Assembly (NCBI GenBank): GCA_902533795.1
Contig: CACAND010000005.1
Location: 847-64,846 of the forward strand
Direction of reading: 5' to 3'
DNA: 64,000 bases
Origin: an uncultured Candidatus Actinomarina sp.
Lineage (GTDB): Bacteria; Actinomycetota; Acidimicrobiia; Actinomarinales; Actinomarinaceae
Part shown: positions 62,955-64,000 of the stretch, piece after piece
How the letters are laid out: every line of letters starts with the position of its first letter
Numbering within the stretch: the first letter of the stretch is position 1
Notes under the pieces: generated by a model
Told to the model about the DNA's origin: nothing
Seen by the model: the letters and a program-made list of their open reading frames with translations, nothing else
Database searches by the model: none
Program-made: the position numbers and the translations under genes

Positions 62955-63926
62955 ATGAAAACAGTTTTTTCAGGAATTCAACCTACTGGAAAAGTTCATC
63001 TTGGTAATTTACTAGGTGCGATCAATAATTGGGTTGAGTTGTCTAATGAAGAAAATAAAAATTATTTTTGTGTTGTAGATCTTCATTCGTTGACTACACA
63101 TCCAGATCCTGAAACAATGGAAGAAAATATATTTGAAACTATAAAAGTTCTTGTTGCTTCTGGAATTAATTTAAAAAATTCGAATATTTATATTCAAAGT
63201 AATGTTTCAGAACATGTGCAACTCTCTTGGATATTATCAAATTTTTGCCAAATTGGGGAGTTACAAAGGATGACTCAATTTAAAGAAAAAGCAGATCAAT
63301 TAGGAAACCATGCTGGAATCCTAACTTATCCAATTTTGATGGCAGCCGATATTTTAATCCATAAAGCTAACGAAGTTCCTGTAGGAGATGATCAAACTCA
63401 ACATCTTGAGCTTACAAGAAACATAGTTGAGAGATTTAATAATACGTATGGAGAAATATTTCCGTTTCCAGAAAGAAAAACAGGAAAAGTAGGAGCAAGA
63501 TTAATGTCCTTGCGCCATCCTGAAAATAAAATGTCTAAAAGTAATGATGACTTAAATGGAACGATATATTTTGATGATTCTAAAGATGAAATTATTAAAA
63601 AATTTAAATCATCAGTTACTGATTCTGATGGTGTAATTAAATTTGATGCTGATAGTAAAAAAGGCATCAGTAATTTAATTGACATTTACTCTTCTCTTAA
63701 TGACTTATCCCATGATGAAGTAGAGAATAAATTTGAAAATCTAAAGTATGGAGAATTTAAAATTGAAGTTGGCGAAAGCGTTGTAAGCTACTTGGAACCA
63801 ATTAGAGAAAGATATAACTCAATGAGTAATGGTGACATAGCATCATTAATTAAGAATAATCTTGAGGAAGTTAAAGATTCTGCAAAAAAAACAATGGATG
63901 AAATTAACTCAGCTTTAGGAATTTAG
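62955..63926 (+). CDS. trpS: Tryptophan--tRNA ligase
   Basis: SGIQPTG..HLGN, YPILMAADIL, VPVGDDQ.QHLELTR, KMSKS. Confidence 0.98.
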   Translation: MKTVFSGIQPTGKVHLGNLLGAINNWVELSNEENKNYFCVVDLHSLTTHPDPETMEENIFETIKVLVASGINLKNSNIYIQSNVSEHVQLSWILSNFCQIGELQRMTQFKEKADQLGNHAGILTYPILMAADILIHKANEVPVGDDQTQHLELTRNIVERFNNTYGEIFPFPERKTGKVGARLMSLRHPENKMSKSNDDLNGTIYFDDSKDEIIKKFKSSVTDSDGVIKFDADSKKGISNLIDIYSSLNDLSHDEVENKFENLKYGEFKIEVGESVVSYLEPIRERYNSMSNGDIASLIKNNLEEVKDSAKKTMDEINSALGI

Positions 63927-63937
63927 TTTCTTCTTTT

Positions 63938-64000
63938 ATGAATGAATTAAAACCAATACCTGAAGAATGGTTGACTTTACTTAATGATGAACAAAAAGAA
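63938..64000 (+). CDS. Start of a gene running off the window, possibly a UvrD/PcrA-type helicase
   Basis: MNELKPIPEEWLTLLNDEQKE; LN.EQ.E resembles the SF1 helicase Q motif. Only 21 codons are visible. Confidence 0.4.
   Translation, partial: MNELKPIPEEWLTLLNDEQKE

Overview
AT-rich, very densely packed bacterial core-genome window (many TAATG/ATGA overlaps, tiny spacers). Protein features such as the RpoC N-terminus and coiled-coil insert, the tRNA-Tyr/Thr/Met-rpmG-tRNA-Trp-secE order and the glmS-alr-tsaEB-rimI-tsaD-groES order point to a streamlined low-GC actinobacterium, possibly Actinomarina-like (inference, not searched). Contents: four tRNAs, an ECF sigma/anti-sigma pair, the secE-nusG-rplKA-rplJL-rpoBC-str-S10-spc-alpha supercluster, truA-rplM-rpsI, glmM-glmS-alr-t6A genes, groESL, a complete shikimate/Phe/Tyr operon and a mixed region ending in trpS. 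Signals the ORF track misses or does not explain: (1) a membrane-anchored thioredoxin whose active site reads TGA-Leu-Gly-Cys (UxxC), followed by a SECIS-like hairpin, i.e. a probable hidden selenoprotein; (2) a peptidase-S51-like hydrolase fused to a CysRS-type anticodon-binding domain; (3) a leaderless Tyr/Phe leader-peptide attenuator (MKTNTYFYFRAHI) before the aromatic operon; (4) a compact glmS ribozyme; (5) loss of Cys metal ligands in RpoC zinc site II, L33, L36, S14 and DAHP synthase; (6) a Nur-like regulator with a Nur box before a nikQO pair lacking nikM; (7) an anti-sigma stop codon lying inside tRNA-Trp. No CRISPR array, rRNA or mobile element was seen. All assignments are by eye; no database searches were run.
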